Both the position numbers and the translations under genes were made by a program. A DNA stretch of 64,000 nucleotides from Terriglobia bacterium (GTDB taxonomy: Bacteria; Acidobacteriota; Terriglobia; Acidiferrales; UBA7541): positions 3,136,001 through 3,200,000 of the forward strand of contig OY968796.1 in NCBI GenBank assembly GCA_963695545.1, in the 5' to 3' direction. Positions 1 to 10,369 of this stretch are shown here, in pieces; the first letter of the stretch is position 1, and every line of letters starts with the position of its first letter. The notes beneath the pieces were generated by a model, which was given only the letters and a program-made list of their open reading frames with translations, had not been told where the DNA came from and ran no database searches.

Positions 1-1379
1 CCTGTGCCTAACAGCTTTCTGTCCAACTCCTTGATCTCGGTCTCCCGCGAAGAAATCGCCCTCATTAAAGCGGGCAGTGGCCCCTCTTGTGCCACTGCTT
101 CAGCCAGCCGTGTGAGTTCCGTCTCAACTTCAGACCTACGCACCCGAACATCATCAACCTGACCTGACATTGCCTTGAGCTGACAATCCAATTCGAGTTG
201 GAACTTGACGAGTACATAGTGAATCGCCTCTGGCTGGAGGACGGATTCCTGAAGGCCAGCCAGAAGGTACGGCTCGATTCTGTCATTTCGTTCACGTAGA
301 GTATTTGGGCAGGTGCCCCGGTTAAAGTTCAACGGACAGCCCCAACGTGGATGGTTATTCTTGCCATGCCCAGTGATGATGCGCAGCTTGCCTCCGCACT
401 CAGCGCAGACCAGAATCCCAGAAAAGAGATAATTGGATGAAGCGCTCCGCGACAATAGACCATTGGGCCTGCCCTGAGCGTAGACTGCTCGCATCCGCAG
501 CAACCGATGCTGGACCTTTTGCCAGAGTTCCGCTGACACGATCCTTAACTGCGGAGCTTCTCGAATCTTCCATTCCTTTTCTGGACGTGGCCGGGCAACA
601 CGTCGGTTCGTCCCTGGCACTTTCACAAACTTCGCTTTGTTCCAAATCACTCTTCCGACATATCGTTCGTTGTACAGCATTTCTCGGACAGCAGTTGGAC
701 ACCATCCAGCAGCCCCACGACCCTTCCGAGGTCTCGGCGACTGAACGTTCTGGGCGTTCAAAGTCTTCGCAATACGTTTCAGTGAATAACCAGACGCACT
801 GATCTCGAAAATGTTTCGCACTACGTCTGCCTCGGACTCATTTATGACCATGCGTTTCCCATCTACGGTGTCTACGCTGGCATACCCATAGGTGCGCCCA
901 CCCGTATGGCAACCGCGCAGGAAGTTTCCTTCGAGTCCACGATGAGTTTTTTTCGCCAGTTCTTTAACGTAAAGAGAATCCACCAATCCATGGACGGTCA
1001 TCTGAACGTCAGATTGTTCTGAGTGTGTATCGATCCCCTGTGAAACAAAGATGACACGCAAGCCCTGAAACCGTAGATTCTCTACCGTACTCATTGCTTC
1101 GGACTGTCTTCTGGAGAAGCGGCTTGTGTCGTCCACGAGAATTATGTCGAACGGTCTAGGGCGGGAATATGCGGCATTCAACAATCTTTGAAAGGCCGGG
1201 CGGTCTGAACCGGATCCACTAAGCCCTTCGTCAATGTAGATGTAATCGTCGAGAACATGGAATCTATTCCCTTCGGCAAACTCTCTGCATTTCCGAACTT
1301 GGTCATATGGAGAAAGGTGGCTCTGTTTATCAGTCGAGATGCGACCGTAAACAGCACACCGATTCATCGCCTCTGTCAT
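1..1379 (-). CDS. Large serine recombinase/integrase (3' end beyond window)
   Basis: Manual translation from ATG 1379/1367: MTEAMNRCAVYGRISTDKQ...DEGLSGSGSDRPAF...VDDTSRFSR...GGRTYGY...YLFSGILVCAECGGK (zinc ribbon)...coiled coil ELTRLAEAVAQ. Start and end segments share a frame; probably missing from the ORF track because there is no stop in the window. Confidence 0.92.
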   Translation of the reverse strand, partial: MTEAMNRCAVYGRISTDKQSHLSPYDQVRKCREFAEGNRFHVLDDYIYIDEGLSGSGSDRPAFQRLLNAAYSRPRPFDIILVDDTSRFSRRQSEAMSTVENLRFQGLRVIFVSQGIDTHSEQSDVQMTVHGLVDSLYVKELAKKTHRGLEGNFLRGCHTGGRTYGYASVDTVDGKRMVINESEADVVRNIFEISASGYSLKRIAKTLNAQNVQSPRPRKGRGAAGWCPTAVREMLYNERYVGRVIWNKAKFVKVPGTNRRVARPRPEKEWKIREAPQLRIVSAELWQKVQHRLLRMRAVYAQGRPNGLLSRSASSNYLFSGILVCAECGGKLRIITGHGKNNHPRWGCPLNFNRGTCPNTLRERNDRIEPYLLAGLQESVLQPEAIHYVLVKFQLELDCQLKAMSGQVDDVRVRRSEVETELTRLAEAVAQEGPLPALMRAISSRETEIKELDRKLLGT

Positions 1380-1507
1380 TCCGCCTCCAATGCGCTGCCC
1401 GCCAGCTTCTTCTGATTCAAGGAAGCAATGTACCGCTCAACAAGGATGGGAACCACCACTTCCTTAAGAAATTCTTTGACCTCTGGGCGGACTTGACGAA
1501 CTGTCAT
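1376..1507 (-). CDS. Small protein (43 aa) translationally coupled to the recombinase
   Basis: MTVRQVRPEVKEFLKEVVVPILVERYI...; its TGA overlaps the recombinase ATG (ATGA). Confidence 0.45.
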   Translation of the reverse strand: MTVRQVRPEVKEFLKEVVVPILVERYIASLNQKKLAGSALEAE

Positions 1508-2283
1508 TGAAGGCAGACGCGAAGATAGTTCTCTTTCACTCTTGGGGAGCAAGCGGTCGCAGACCGGAATCCCGGTTATAGGAAACTGCAATCCGGGGGC
1601 ATCGGCTCCACTTTCGAAACAGGTGCGTCAACGGTTATAGCGGGGGCATCGGACGTGACCTGCGTGCTTGCTGGTGAGAATGCGGCGGGCTGATCCCCCG
1701 TACCCGTAGGCTCTAATGAAGCCCCGACCAGATGCCACAAACGGGGGCTTGTGAAGATTTCTGTCCTTGCGCCGCCACGGATTCCGGGCGGGAGGACAGA
1801 ATGATGACCGCATCGGACGCGGGTATCGAGCCGGAGATGTGAAAAAACTGTTCCAAGAGGTCTGCCCTTCAAAGGTGCGCTGCGTCTGGTCATCGTGAGA
1901 TCACGTAGCTGCCCACTATCCAAATACGCTCTTTGAAAGAAAACCTGAGGTATGGCTCGCGTGACCGCAGCGATCCCGTGTAACTGAGGCTCGAAACTCA
2001 TCGAATTACAGAACTGCGCCTCGACAGACCTCAGTTAACCTGCCCGGCTGTAATTCGAGGCTAGAAAAGGTCGAATTGGCTACGCCCCGGCTTGTGCCTG
2101 TGAATTTTTTGGGCTTTTTGCAATTTTCCCCGAAACACTGCATCTATAGAGTATGTAGAAAATCGGTACTGGCGACCCTGGAGACCGCCAAACACAATCT
2201 GGAGGACGAAACCCGCTGCGCGACCGCAATTAGTGCCGCGCACGGTAGGCACTCAAGGGCACCCCCGAAGTTGGCGTGTTCCC

Positions 2284-2339
2284 GTCGCCTGTTTTGCCCC
2301 GCTCTGTAGCGAGCGGGACGAAACAGGCGACTTTTTTTT
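2284..2339 (+). terminator. Intrinsic terminator/attenuator hairpin
   Basis: GTCGCCTGTTTTGCCCCGCTC-tgtagc-GAGCGGGACGAAACAGGCGAC (21-bp stem with one G-U and one mismatch) followed by T8. Confidence 0.7.
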
Positions 2340-2391
2340 GGCATAGGACCCGACCGCGAGGCGGGCAGCCCAGTAGGAGATGAAAAAATGA

Positions 2392-3137
2392 GTGAGACAC
2401 TGGCAAGTTCTGAAGAAGATGGTGGAGGAGCCGCACAGAGCGAAGATGAATACCAACGGTGTAGTTAGGGTGGGCGGCGGTCGCGGTTTCGTCATGGAAC
2501 ACCGTGTTTACTTCGATTTCGGCGACGGCAATGGCCACAGGAAACTTTGCCGCAACGTAGTGGTCACGGCGTCGCACTGCCTGCCCCACGCGCCCAAGGT
2601 GATGTCCGGCGTTGACTACCAACGGGCGACCTACCCGAAACTGCTCGCGCCGCTCGGCGAGGAGCCTTCTGTCTGGACGCAATGTCTGTTTTTCGACCCG
2701 GTCGCGGACGTTGCCGTGCTCGGCGAACCCGACAATCAAGACTTGTCGGACGAGTGGGACGGCTATCACGCGCTGGTGAGCGGGCGCAAACCGTTCGCGA
2801 CTGCCGCGCCGGAAAGCGGCGAAGGGTACATGCTTGCTCTGGACGGTGTCGCGTGGAAACCCACTGCTCTGGAAGTCCACCTGACCATCGGGGGAACCGG
2901 GCTTTCGACGGGAGAGACGCTTGGCGGGCAGTCCGGCTCTCCGATCTTGGACAGAAAGGGACGGGCGGTCGCGCTGGTCTCGATGGGCAGTGAGACCACA
3001 AGCAACGGAGTGCGGAAGCCGATGGAACGCTGGAACGGCCGCAGCCCATCCTGAAACTCGCGCTGCCGCCTTGGCTGCTTCGAGCGACGAAGGAGCACTC
3101 GCGCAAGGTAGCTCAGCTAGCGGCGGTGCGCGGATGA
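2392..3137 (+). CDS. Trypsin-like serine protease (one frameshift near 3039)
   Basis: Triad motifs VVTASHC, DVAVL, GQSGSPIL. Adding one C at 3039-3040 gives GPQPILKLALPPWLL...* ending in an ATGA overlap with the next gene. Start uncertain (2392 or 2446). Confidence 0.75.
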
Positions 3138-3685
3138 GCCAAGCCACTCAGACACGAAAAGCACGGATTTCTGCCAAACGATCTGCTTCAAGGAACACCT
3201 CAATGCCTAAAGCACCGAATTCCGTGAGTCGCCGGGTGTTCGTCGCGAGGTTCACCGACTGCCCTGAGTACGACATCAAGCGCGGATGGTCGGCGTCAAT
3301 GGATTACGACGGCGAGACCAAGTATGAGGCTCTATTCTCATTCTTGTCTGAACACCCGAGCATCGACCCCGATTCCGTTAAGGTCGGCTGGCACAGGCAC
3401 CACAGGAGATGGGTAATCGTGCATAACCCGCGAGGACTTTCTTGCTGGCGGCTCAATGGGACGACGGAAGAGCAGGCTGTCGATGAGGCGCGTCGCTGCT
3501 GCGTAGCCGGGGAAATCGCGAGGGAGGGGTACGGCTACGTGACCGAGGGGCGAGTCCGGCTGGTGGCGAAGCTGGACGTTCGCGACCGCGACGGCAACCC
3601 GCTGTGCGTTTTCACGTGCGAGGGCACAAGCCCGAAGGCCCCGCTGACTTGGTACATGGAACACATGGGGGGCACGGATGAGTAA
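3134..3685 (+). CDS. Hypothetical protein
   Basis: ATG 3134 overlaps the reconstructed protease stop; globular-looking ~183 aa. Confidence 0.6.
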   Translation: MSQATQTRKARISAKRSASRNTSMPKAPNSVSRRVFVARFTDCPEYDIKRGWSASMDYDGETKYEALFSFLSEHPSIDPDSVKVGWHRHHRRWVIVHNPRGLSCWRLNGTTEEQAVDEARRCCVAGEIAREGYGYVTEGRVRLVAKLDVRDRDGNPLCVFTCEGTSPKAPLTWYMEHMGGTDE

Positions 3686-3840
3686 GCGTGAACCGACGCG
3701 ACAAGGATCGCAATTTTAGGAGGACAACATGAAGCAGGTATTCGAGCTGGAGAACGTCAAGATCGAGGAATTTCCGAAGAAGCGGAAGGCGGTTCCAGAT
3801 AGAAACCCGCAAGCTCCCGCATCTGCGGCTTGGGATCGTC

Positions 3841-4071
3841 CTACTCATCCTCCGGTGCTCTCATCATCTCGTCTAGATCGCTCTCACACTGCGGGCATTT
3901 CTCGTAGTCGGTCATGTTGCCGTGTTTGCAGATGCTCACCCTTCGGACGATCACAAATAGCTCCATCAATGCCGTCCGCCAGTCCTCGGTCTTGATCGCT
4001 CGGTAGATGCGCTCGTCCTTCTCCTGCCGCTCCAGCCTCTCCAGCCATGTCTGAGTCCAACTGCCTGCCAT
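3841..4071 (-). CDS. Small hypothetical protein with CKH...CPQC motif
   Basis: 76-aa ORF with a GAGGAG RBS upstream. Confidence 0.55.
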   Translation of the reverse strand: MAGSWTQTWLERLERQEKDERIYRAIKTEDWRTALMELFVIVRRVSICKHGNMTDYEKCPQCESDLDEMMRAPEDE

Positions 4072-4202
4072 TGTTGCAAGCCCTCCTCGTCCGGGTCGAT
4101 CTTTTCAGACCCTCTGTACAAAGCGTTCGGTAGCGAACTTTTGCGACATTGGCGGTTTGCCAGTATTTAGTTTTGCGACTTTCTATCTCTAGGAGAGGAC
4201 AC

Positions 4203-4511
4203 ATGAAGACAGGAAGACCAAAGCTGACGGTCTTCCGCGAGAAGTTCGCGGAGCTTGTGGCGGCAGGCTGGACGGTGGAAGCGGCAGCCAAGGCTGTGCG
4301 CATCCACCGGGCGACCGGATACCGCTGGTGCGACCAGATGGGGCTGCACGAAACGGCTGTTACCGCAAGGCGGAGAAGAAGTGACTACCGATTTCATAGG
4401 TGCGGGTGCCCAAGGGTACCGAGGGAGCCGTCTCATCTCACCCGGCCCCCTCAAATCAATCCCGCGAAAGAGATGCAGGCTCGCAACCTGAGTGGAACAA
4501 ACAATAGGTGA
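4203..4511 (+). CDS. Small HTH DNA-binding protein (3' end uncertain)
   Basis: RBS GGAGAGGA, then MKTGRPK...GWTVEAAAKAVRIHRATGYRW (HTH pattern). Confidence 0.6.
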   Translation: MKTGRPKLTVFREKFAELVAAGWTVEAAAKAVRIHRATGYRWCDQMGLHETAVTARRRRSDYRFHRCGCPRVPREPSHLTRPPQINPAKEMQARNLSGTNNR

Positions 4512-4817
4512 GATATGGACAACCGAAAATGTGAAAACATGCAGGTACCTCCAAGACGAATTCTTCCCGGGTCGGGACAAGGATAGCTGCTACCAGTGCG
4601 TCATGGATCACCCGAGGCGGAAGCGTAAGAAGCTAGAAGTGCCCGGAGTGTGGAAACGAAACGCGCAGCCTGATTATGTGGGACAACAAGCAAGACGTGC
4701 GGACCCTGCCGGGAGAAGCGTGCCGGAAACGAAGGTAAGCTCAAAGCCGAGCGCAAGGCGTTCAGGCAAGAAGCCGAGCAAGTATGGGCGCTGAGCGGAC
4801 ACCAAAAAAGCGAAGCG

Positions 4818-5989
4818 ATGAAGCCTCGGCCGGGGCGCATAGAACTTGTGCAGCACATGGATAACGTCGAGATCAAGGTCGGGCAGGACACAGTCAAGCG
4901 GGAGTTCATGATCAAGGTCACGGCGTCAATGCCGGCACGGTCAAGCCCAAGGCGCAGAAATGGCTATGGCAAAATCGTGTTCCCGCGGGTGCGATCACTT
5001 GGGGCGTCGGCAAGCCCGGCAACGCCAAGAGCCTGTGGGCAACCGACCTCGCGGCGCGTGTATCTTCGGGCGCGGATTTTCCCGATGGCGCGAAGAACGA
5101 GGGGCGCGAAGAAGGTGCTGATGTACTGCGGTGAGGACGACTGGAGCGCACCGTAGTGCCGAGGCTCATCGTCGGGGCTAACCTCGACAACATCACCCTG
5201 CTGGACAACCAATCGTTCGACGTGTTCGACAAAGAATACAACCGCGTTGACCGACGCTCCATCGACCTGGCCAAGACTGCGACACGCTGAACCATCTGGT
5301 ACACGACCACCCGGAGATCGCGCTGCTGATCCTCGATCCCACCACCGGGGTTTACGGCAGTAGAAATACAAATCACGACAAGGACATGCGCCCGATCATG
5401 AACGATCTGCGCGATATGTGCGAGAAGCGCGGGCTGACCATCGTGGGGATCACGCATACCAACAAGCGGGGGAGGCGGCGGCGATAGACCAAATCCAAGG
5501 CGCGTCGAGCATCGCTGGAGCGGCCCGCGGCGCATGGCTCTTCACCCGCGACCCTGAATCCGACGATGAGCACGCGCATGTCATGTCGTGCATCAAGTCC
5601 AACCTCAGCGACAACCATGATGGGCTGAAGCTGTTGACCAAGGCTGTGAAGGTCAATGATGAAGTGGGTGATCACCCGATGATCGTATGGGGCGAGAGCA
5701 CCAAGATGCAGGCGGACGAGGCGAACCAAGCGTTGAAGGAGAAGCGCGAGACCAAGGGCGGCAAGCGGACGCCTCCAAAATCGGCATCCTCGCGATGCTC
5801 GGCGAAAAGCCGATGCTGTCCAAGGACGTATACACCGCACTGGAAAAGCAGGGCTTCTCGGGCGAGACCGTGAAGCGGGCTGCCGCGGAACTGACCAAGG
5901 AGTTCCAAATCCATCGCAAGCAGCAAGGCGGTCGCTGGTACATGGTGTTGGCGGAGCACCTGTATGAGTTCGAGCAGAAACGAGGCTGA
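4818..5989 (+). pseudogene. AAA_25/RepA-like helicase with C-terminal winged helix, multiply frameshifted (may begin ~4381)
   Basis: Stitched frames give Walker A GKPGNAKS, YCGED, Walker B IALLILDP, IVGITHTNK, QIQGASSIAGAAR, and C-terminal MLSKDVYTALEKQGFSGETVKRAAAEL...GGRWY. Confidence 0.8.
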
Positions 5990-6041
5990 GGCAAACCCGA
6001 GGCTGTGATGGCGTTATCGGCGACGGAGGCTCTGTGAGACC

Positions 6042-6200
6042 GTCAGAAGGTCACATCTGTGTGTGTTACGTTCTGGCGTTCTGACCTTCTGAATATAATT
6101 TATATACTTTATGAAAGAAACAAAGGAGTTAGTGGTCAGAAAGCCAGAACGCCAGAAGGTCAGAAAGTCAGTGGTATCGGTCACGAGATGACCTTCTGAG
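6042..6200. repeat. Putative replication origin: G(T/C)CAGAAN octamer iterons around an AT-rich core
   Basis: 3 inverted copies at 6070-6092, AT-rich 6093-6124, 4-5 direct copies at 6135-6171, outer 11-bp inverted repeat TCAGAAGGTCA at 6043-6053/6189-6199; immediately after the helicase. Confidence 0.75.
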
Positions 6201-6947
6201 GCTTGGGCGTTTGGCGATCACATCTCGCGTGCTCTCTCAAGCTTTTTGCGGCACCACTCAGCACCAATTCCGCGACTTTCAAATCCATTTCGTGAAGCAG
6301 AGTTTTGGCAGTCCCGGCAGCATTGCTGATCTCGCCGATCACACGAAATTGCCATCGTTAATGGCAAATCGTGCTGATGCACCTTGTAACCAAGAACGTG
6401 GAGTCATGCCGAAAGCCGCTCAGAGCCGAGTCTACGGAGGAAATCTAAGAAATGCGTGCAAGACCGCAGGTGAAAACATACCTGCTCATCACCAAGCTCC
6501 AGCGCTGGGCGCGTATCGGGGCGTATCCTAGCTGTTATCCCAACTGCTCGGCGTCAATCGCCCGCCGCAACTACGCACGGCTGTACGCACGACACGAATC
6601 GTTGGCCCGCAGCATAGGGCTTACCCCAATTTCGGCTTATCCTCCGCTTTGATCCTGAGAGTCTTCGAACGATGGCATACCCACGCATGGACGAAATGGT
6701 CTGGATCGGCGGCGCTGGTGGTGGTTCCCCGGAAGGCAGATCACCGTGGAGTCGCACTTCGAGTGGAAAAACGGCAGGGCTTACCTGCTGGAACCCGATG
6801 GCACCGCCATCGAGGGAATTCTGTTTGTCGGCGAAGTCGCGTCCGATTGACGCGTCAACTCTGAGCGACCTTTCAGCGTCCGCAAGCCGAGATCAATCGT
6901 CCTCTTTTGCGTTGGCTCGATATAATGGTGGTTGGGAAAGGGCAGGT

Positions 6948-7733
6948 ATGAACTCGGAAAAGAAACGGATTGAGGCTTACATGCTTGCCGCCGCCCGCAA
7001 AGCAGGCGTGCCAATACCGACTGGCGAAACGCCCGACGAGGAACCAGATTTCAGGTTCAACGATGAAACTCCGGCATTGGGAATTGAGCTTTCCGAGGTG
7101 TTACGCCCTGCCAGTAGCAATCACGGGATTGTGCCCGTTGAGGAGGATTCCTTTCATAAGGACATCATCACGAAAGCCCAACTCCACTACTACGATGCGC
7201 CTGATGCCAAGCCTGCTCATATTAGCGTTTATTTCACGAACACTAGGGGTGGGAAACGCAACAAAGCGGGACTGGCTCGTGCTCTTGCTGGGTTTGTGAA
7301 GGCTAATGTTCATCGGGCGAATCCTTTTGTGAGTTTGTACCGACCCGAAACGCCGGATGGTTTCGATTCCATTGTCATCAGTGCTGAATCAAGAGATTGG
7401 TGGTGCGGAGAAGGCGGAGGTTACACGCTTGATGACATACGCCCTCAAGTTGCCGCCAGAATCAGCGACAAAGACAAACTGGTGCAGACTTACCGCGCCA
7501 ACTTGCCAGAGGGCGCGAACGTTTGGCTGCTCCTTTACACTGGCGTCACCGTAGCTCGAAGCATGATGATTCCGCACGGAATAGAGACGTGGAAATTCCC
7601 GTTCCGGTTTGACAGAGTGTTTTGGTTTACCGCTTTAGAGGGACAATTTGCGGAGATTCAACGAGCAGAAGCCGCGAACGTAGCGGGGCTACCCATGCCC
7701 TCCCGCTCGTTTTCATCGACTATTGTGCCCTGA
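6948..7733 (+). CDS. Putative PD-(D/E)xK restriction-endonuclease-fold protein
   Basis: EEPDFRF...GIELSEV motif near the N-terminus; TATAAT at 6921-6926; intact ORF. Confidence 0.55.
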   Translation: MNSEKKRIEAYMLAAARKAGVPIPTGETPDEEPDFRFNDETPALGIELSEVLRPASSNHGIVPVEEDSFHKDIITKAQLHYYDAPDAKPAHISVYFTNTRGGKRNKAGLARALAGFVKANVHRANPFVSLYRPETPDGFDSIVISAESRDWWCGEGGGYTLDDIRPQVAARISDKDKLVQTYRANLPEGANVWLLLYTGVTVARSMMIPHGIETWKFPFRFDRVFWFTALEGQFAEIQRAEAANVAGLPMPSRSFSSTIVP

Positions 7734-8061
7734 CTTTAATCCGCGCCTCCCGTGCCCAATTTGGTGTACGAGAACGTCAGCCCTGCCTGCCGGAACCTGC
7801 GTTGTGGTAGTTAGTAACCCCCAAGTGCCCTAAGTTTGTCCTACCGAAGGGCGGCTGACCTTTCACGTTTAGCATTAATAGCAGGAGACACCTTCTGCTA
7901 CCCCAGAAACGCACCCCTGAGTGGCGGCGTCAGCATTTGCTGACCGCCGAGGACTTCGCGAGGACGCTGTCGGACTCGGAGTTGTTGGAACGGTGCATGT
8001 GCCCGCAGGCGCGATCATGCCCGAGCAATTCTGTCCACTCGCGAAAATAAGAGGAAGAAAA

Positions 8062-8761
8062 ATGAAGAAATCTGACAAGCAACGCATCCGCGAAACGGCT
8101 CTGGCAATGGACAAGCCGTTCACCGTGCAGACCCTCAAGGGCCGTCTTGCCCGACCTTGTGTTCACATCGGCTGCGCCGAAAGGCAGGGAATGGCGTCGC
8201 GTGCTGGACGAGATGATGGCGGAAGGTGTTCTAGTCGTCCACAGTCAGGGTGCGAGCATCCCAGCGGGTGGAAATGAAAGCGACGACAAGCAGAGGCAGT
8301 ATGTCGTCTCCACGGCGGCAACGGCACAGGCACGAGCCGAGACACCGACTGTATTGGAATCTGTTCGGGCAGAGGTGGACGCAGGCGAGTATGAAGGGCT
8401 GTCGCTCAATGATGACGCGGTTGACCGAATCTACCACGGGCAGCGCAATGGCAAGGTACGCGCCGAGAAAGGCGACATCTGGGATATGGCAAGGCATGTG
8501 ATCGCGACCCGCAGCGGTCGCAAATTGCCCGACATCCTGCCGGATGTGCTCTCTGTCCTGCGCAAGCGTCTGCCCGGCGATTCGTTCGTGGTCGCGGACT
8601 TGGCGCACGAGTTGCGCACTGGCGTAGACGGACGCCTCGGACGCACCTGCGAGAAGCTTTACAAGCAGGGCGTGCTCGACCGCAAGAGGGATGAGGGGGA
8701 GAGTGGACGTTGGCGTTACACAATTAAAGCCGACCTTTGGCAAAAGTCGGTGCTCGCTTAG
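8062..8761 (+). CDS. Hypothetical protein with winged-helix-like ends (frameshift ~8148)
   Basis: MKKSDKQRIRETALAMDKPFTVQTLKGRL joins PDLVF...; C-terminal FVVADLAHEL...CEKLYKQGVLDRKR...RWRY. Confidence 0.55.
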
Positions 8762-8808
8762 ATTTCCTGTTTTTCACGTTGCTCTCTTTAACCCACCCCC
8801 CAAGGAGT

Positions 8809-9477
8809 TCACCATTTTCTTACGCGTTCGCGATAACGCCGAATGACACGCTTGCTCACTTTGCCTTCGGCATCCTCGATTAGCTCTCGCATGGAATGTT
8901 GCGCTGCAAAGCATCCATAGATTGCGTGCCTGCCCGAACTCTCGTCGATAATTCTGTGCAGTTGCTTAGCAGAGAACGGGCGAAACCCCAGCAGCCCCCG
9001 CGCTGCAATCGGGACTTCGGTCTTGAAATCGTTCGCTGCCAAGAACGCCTGAATCGCACCATCGCGGGCGATGGCCCCGAATTCCTCATTCTTGCCCGAT
9101 GCACGCAGCTACATCCCAAGCAGAGGCGTACGACGATTCTTCGTTCCATTTCAACGCTTGAATGTGGTCGATGAAGCCGTGAGGATTCTCATCGCGGTGG
9201 ATTTTGACCGGAATTATCGCTTTTCCGAGGGCGAGTGCAAACCCGGTTTCTTGGTCTGTCCAGTCTGATTCAGAGAAGGCCTTGGTAAGCAGCGGGATGA
9301 AAATGTCGCACTCGCGCAGAGCCTTTCTAATCTCGGTGCGCCAGCCGGGCAGACGGGACGGATGTCTTCGTGGGCCAGAAACGCGTCGAAGCCAAACTCT
9401 TCAAGACCCGCCTTCAGTCCTCCGGCGAGCTTTTTCGCCTTATGCGAGTAGCTTAGAAAAATGTTTAGAGGTTCCAT
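8809..9477 (-). CDS. TIR-domain protein (~222 aa after correcting homopolymer indels at ~9345-9355 and ~9095)
   Basis: IFLSYSH...AFLAHEDIRP...WRTEIRKALRECDIFIPLLTKAFSESDWTDQETGFALALGKAIIPV...PHGFI; the catalytic Glu (WxxQE) is present. Confidence 0.85.
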
Positions 9478-9478
9478 G

Positions 9479-10253
9479 TCATTTCTCGGGCTCCGCAGGT
9501 AAGACCGCGTTCTGCGCCGAACGTACGGCTTTCACATAAATCACGCCATCTGCGCCGTTCGGTAATTTCCCTTGATAGGAGTGCGGAACCGTGACCAAGA
9601 ACGCCTGACTACGAGGAGTTACAGCCGTCTTGTGACTGGCTTCAATGATCCTGAAAAGCCCCTCGCAGTATCCTCCGAGATGGTTGCAGTACGCTTCTAG
9701 TTTCATGTTCAGTTCCCGTTCCTGCACCGCCTTTTGTATCTCCACTTCGTCGAGCGGAGCACGTTGTTCAGGGGTCTTGGCATCCAACGGCGGAAAAACA
9801 CGGGCAATGAATGCGTCAGTGGAACCGTCGTGCAGCGTGACAATCACCCCGGCAAACTGGTGGGACAAATTTCGATACTCCTGAATCTCGTTGACAGTCG
9901 GGTCGTCGTCGAGGGCCTTGACGAGTTCGTCGTGCCGCCCTTTCGTCACAATACCTTCCTGCTTGCACCGTCTGTATGCCGTGCACAGCAATTCAGCAAG
10001 ATGGCGAAGCTGCCAGAGAACGCCTGCGAAATGCGCACGGAACACAGTCGCGTCCTCCTGAAGCATCTCACGTTAGCCTGCGAGAACGGTTGAGTCGCTG
10101 TGTGTGCGCGCTTGCTCCCAGCCAAGCACATCGCACCCGTGTCCGCATAAACCCTCACGTACGCTGCGTGATAAAGGCAGACATTCAGCGTGTGCCAGAC
10201 CTCGGCGACCATGCCGTCGAAGTCTTGATTGGGAGTGAACGTACCCTGTCCAT
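9479..10253 (-). CDS. Helical hypothetical protein with HEPN-like RNxxH motif (indels at ~10250, ~10132, ~10075)
   Basis: Reconstructed MGQGTFTPNQDFDGMVAEVWHTLNVCLYHAAYV...EMLQEDATVFRAHFAGVLWQL...IQEYRNLSHQ; stop lies 1 nt before the TIR ATG. Confidence 0.5.
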
Positions 10254-10369
10254 GTTTTGCGCTTCCTCGCCTCAAACAACGGCTCGAACGACGCTTTGGA
10301 ATCACCTGCTCGCTCACAAAGGTGCTTCGAGCGGGGGCGTAAATCATCGCGGAGCGATTCGCCGGGCTT

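Noticed and set aside
1595..1820. Three GCATCGG-containing short repeats
   Set aside because: Irregular spacing and short length; no array structure.
2195..2330. Hammerhead ribozyme suggested by GGACGAAAC
   Set aside because: The required CUGANGA core is absent upstream.
6406..6850. Possible frameshifted plus-strand gene after the ori
   Set aside because: An RBS and protein-like fragments exist, but there is no motif to anchor a reconstruction, so it is too uncertain to call.
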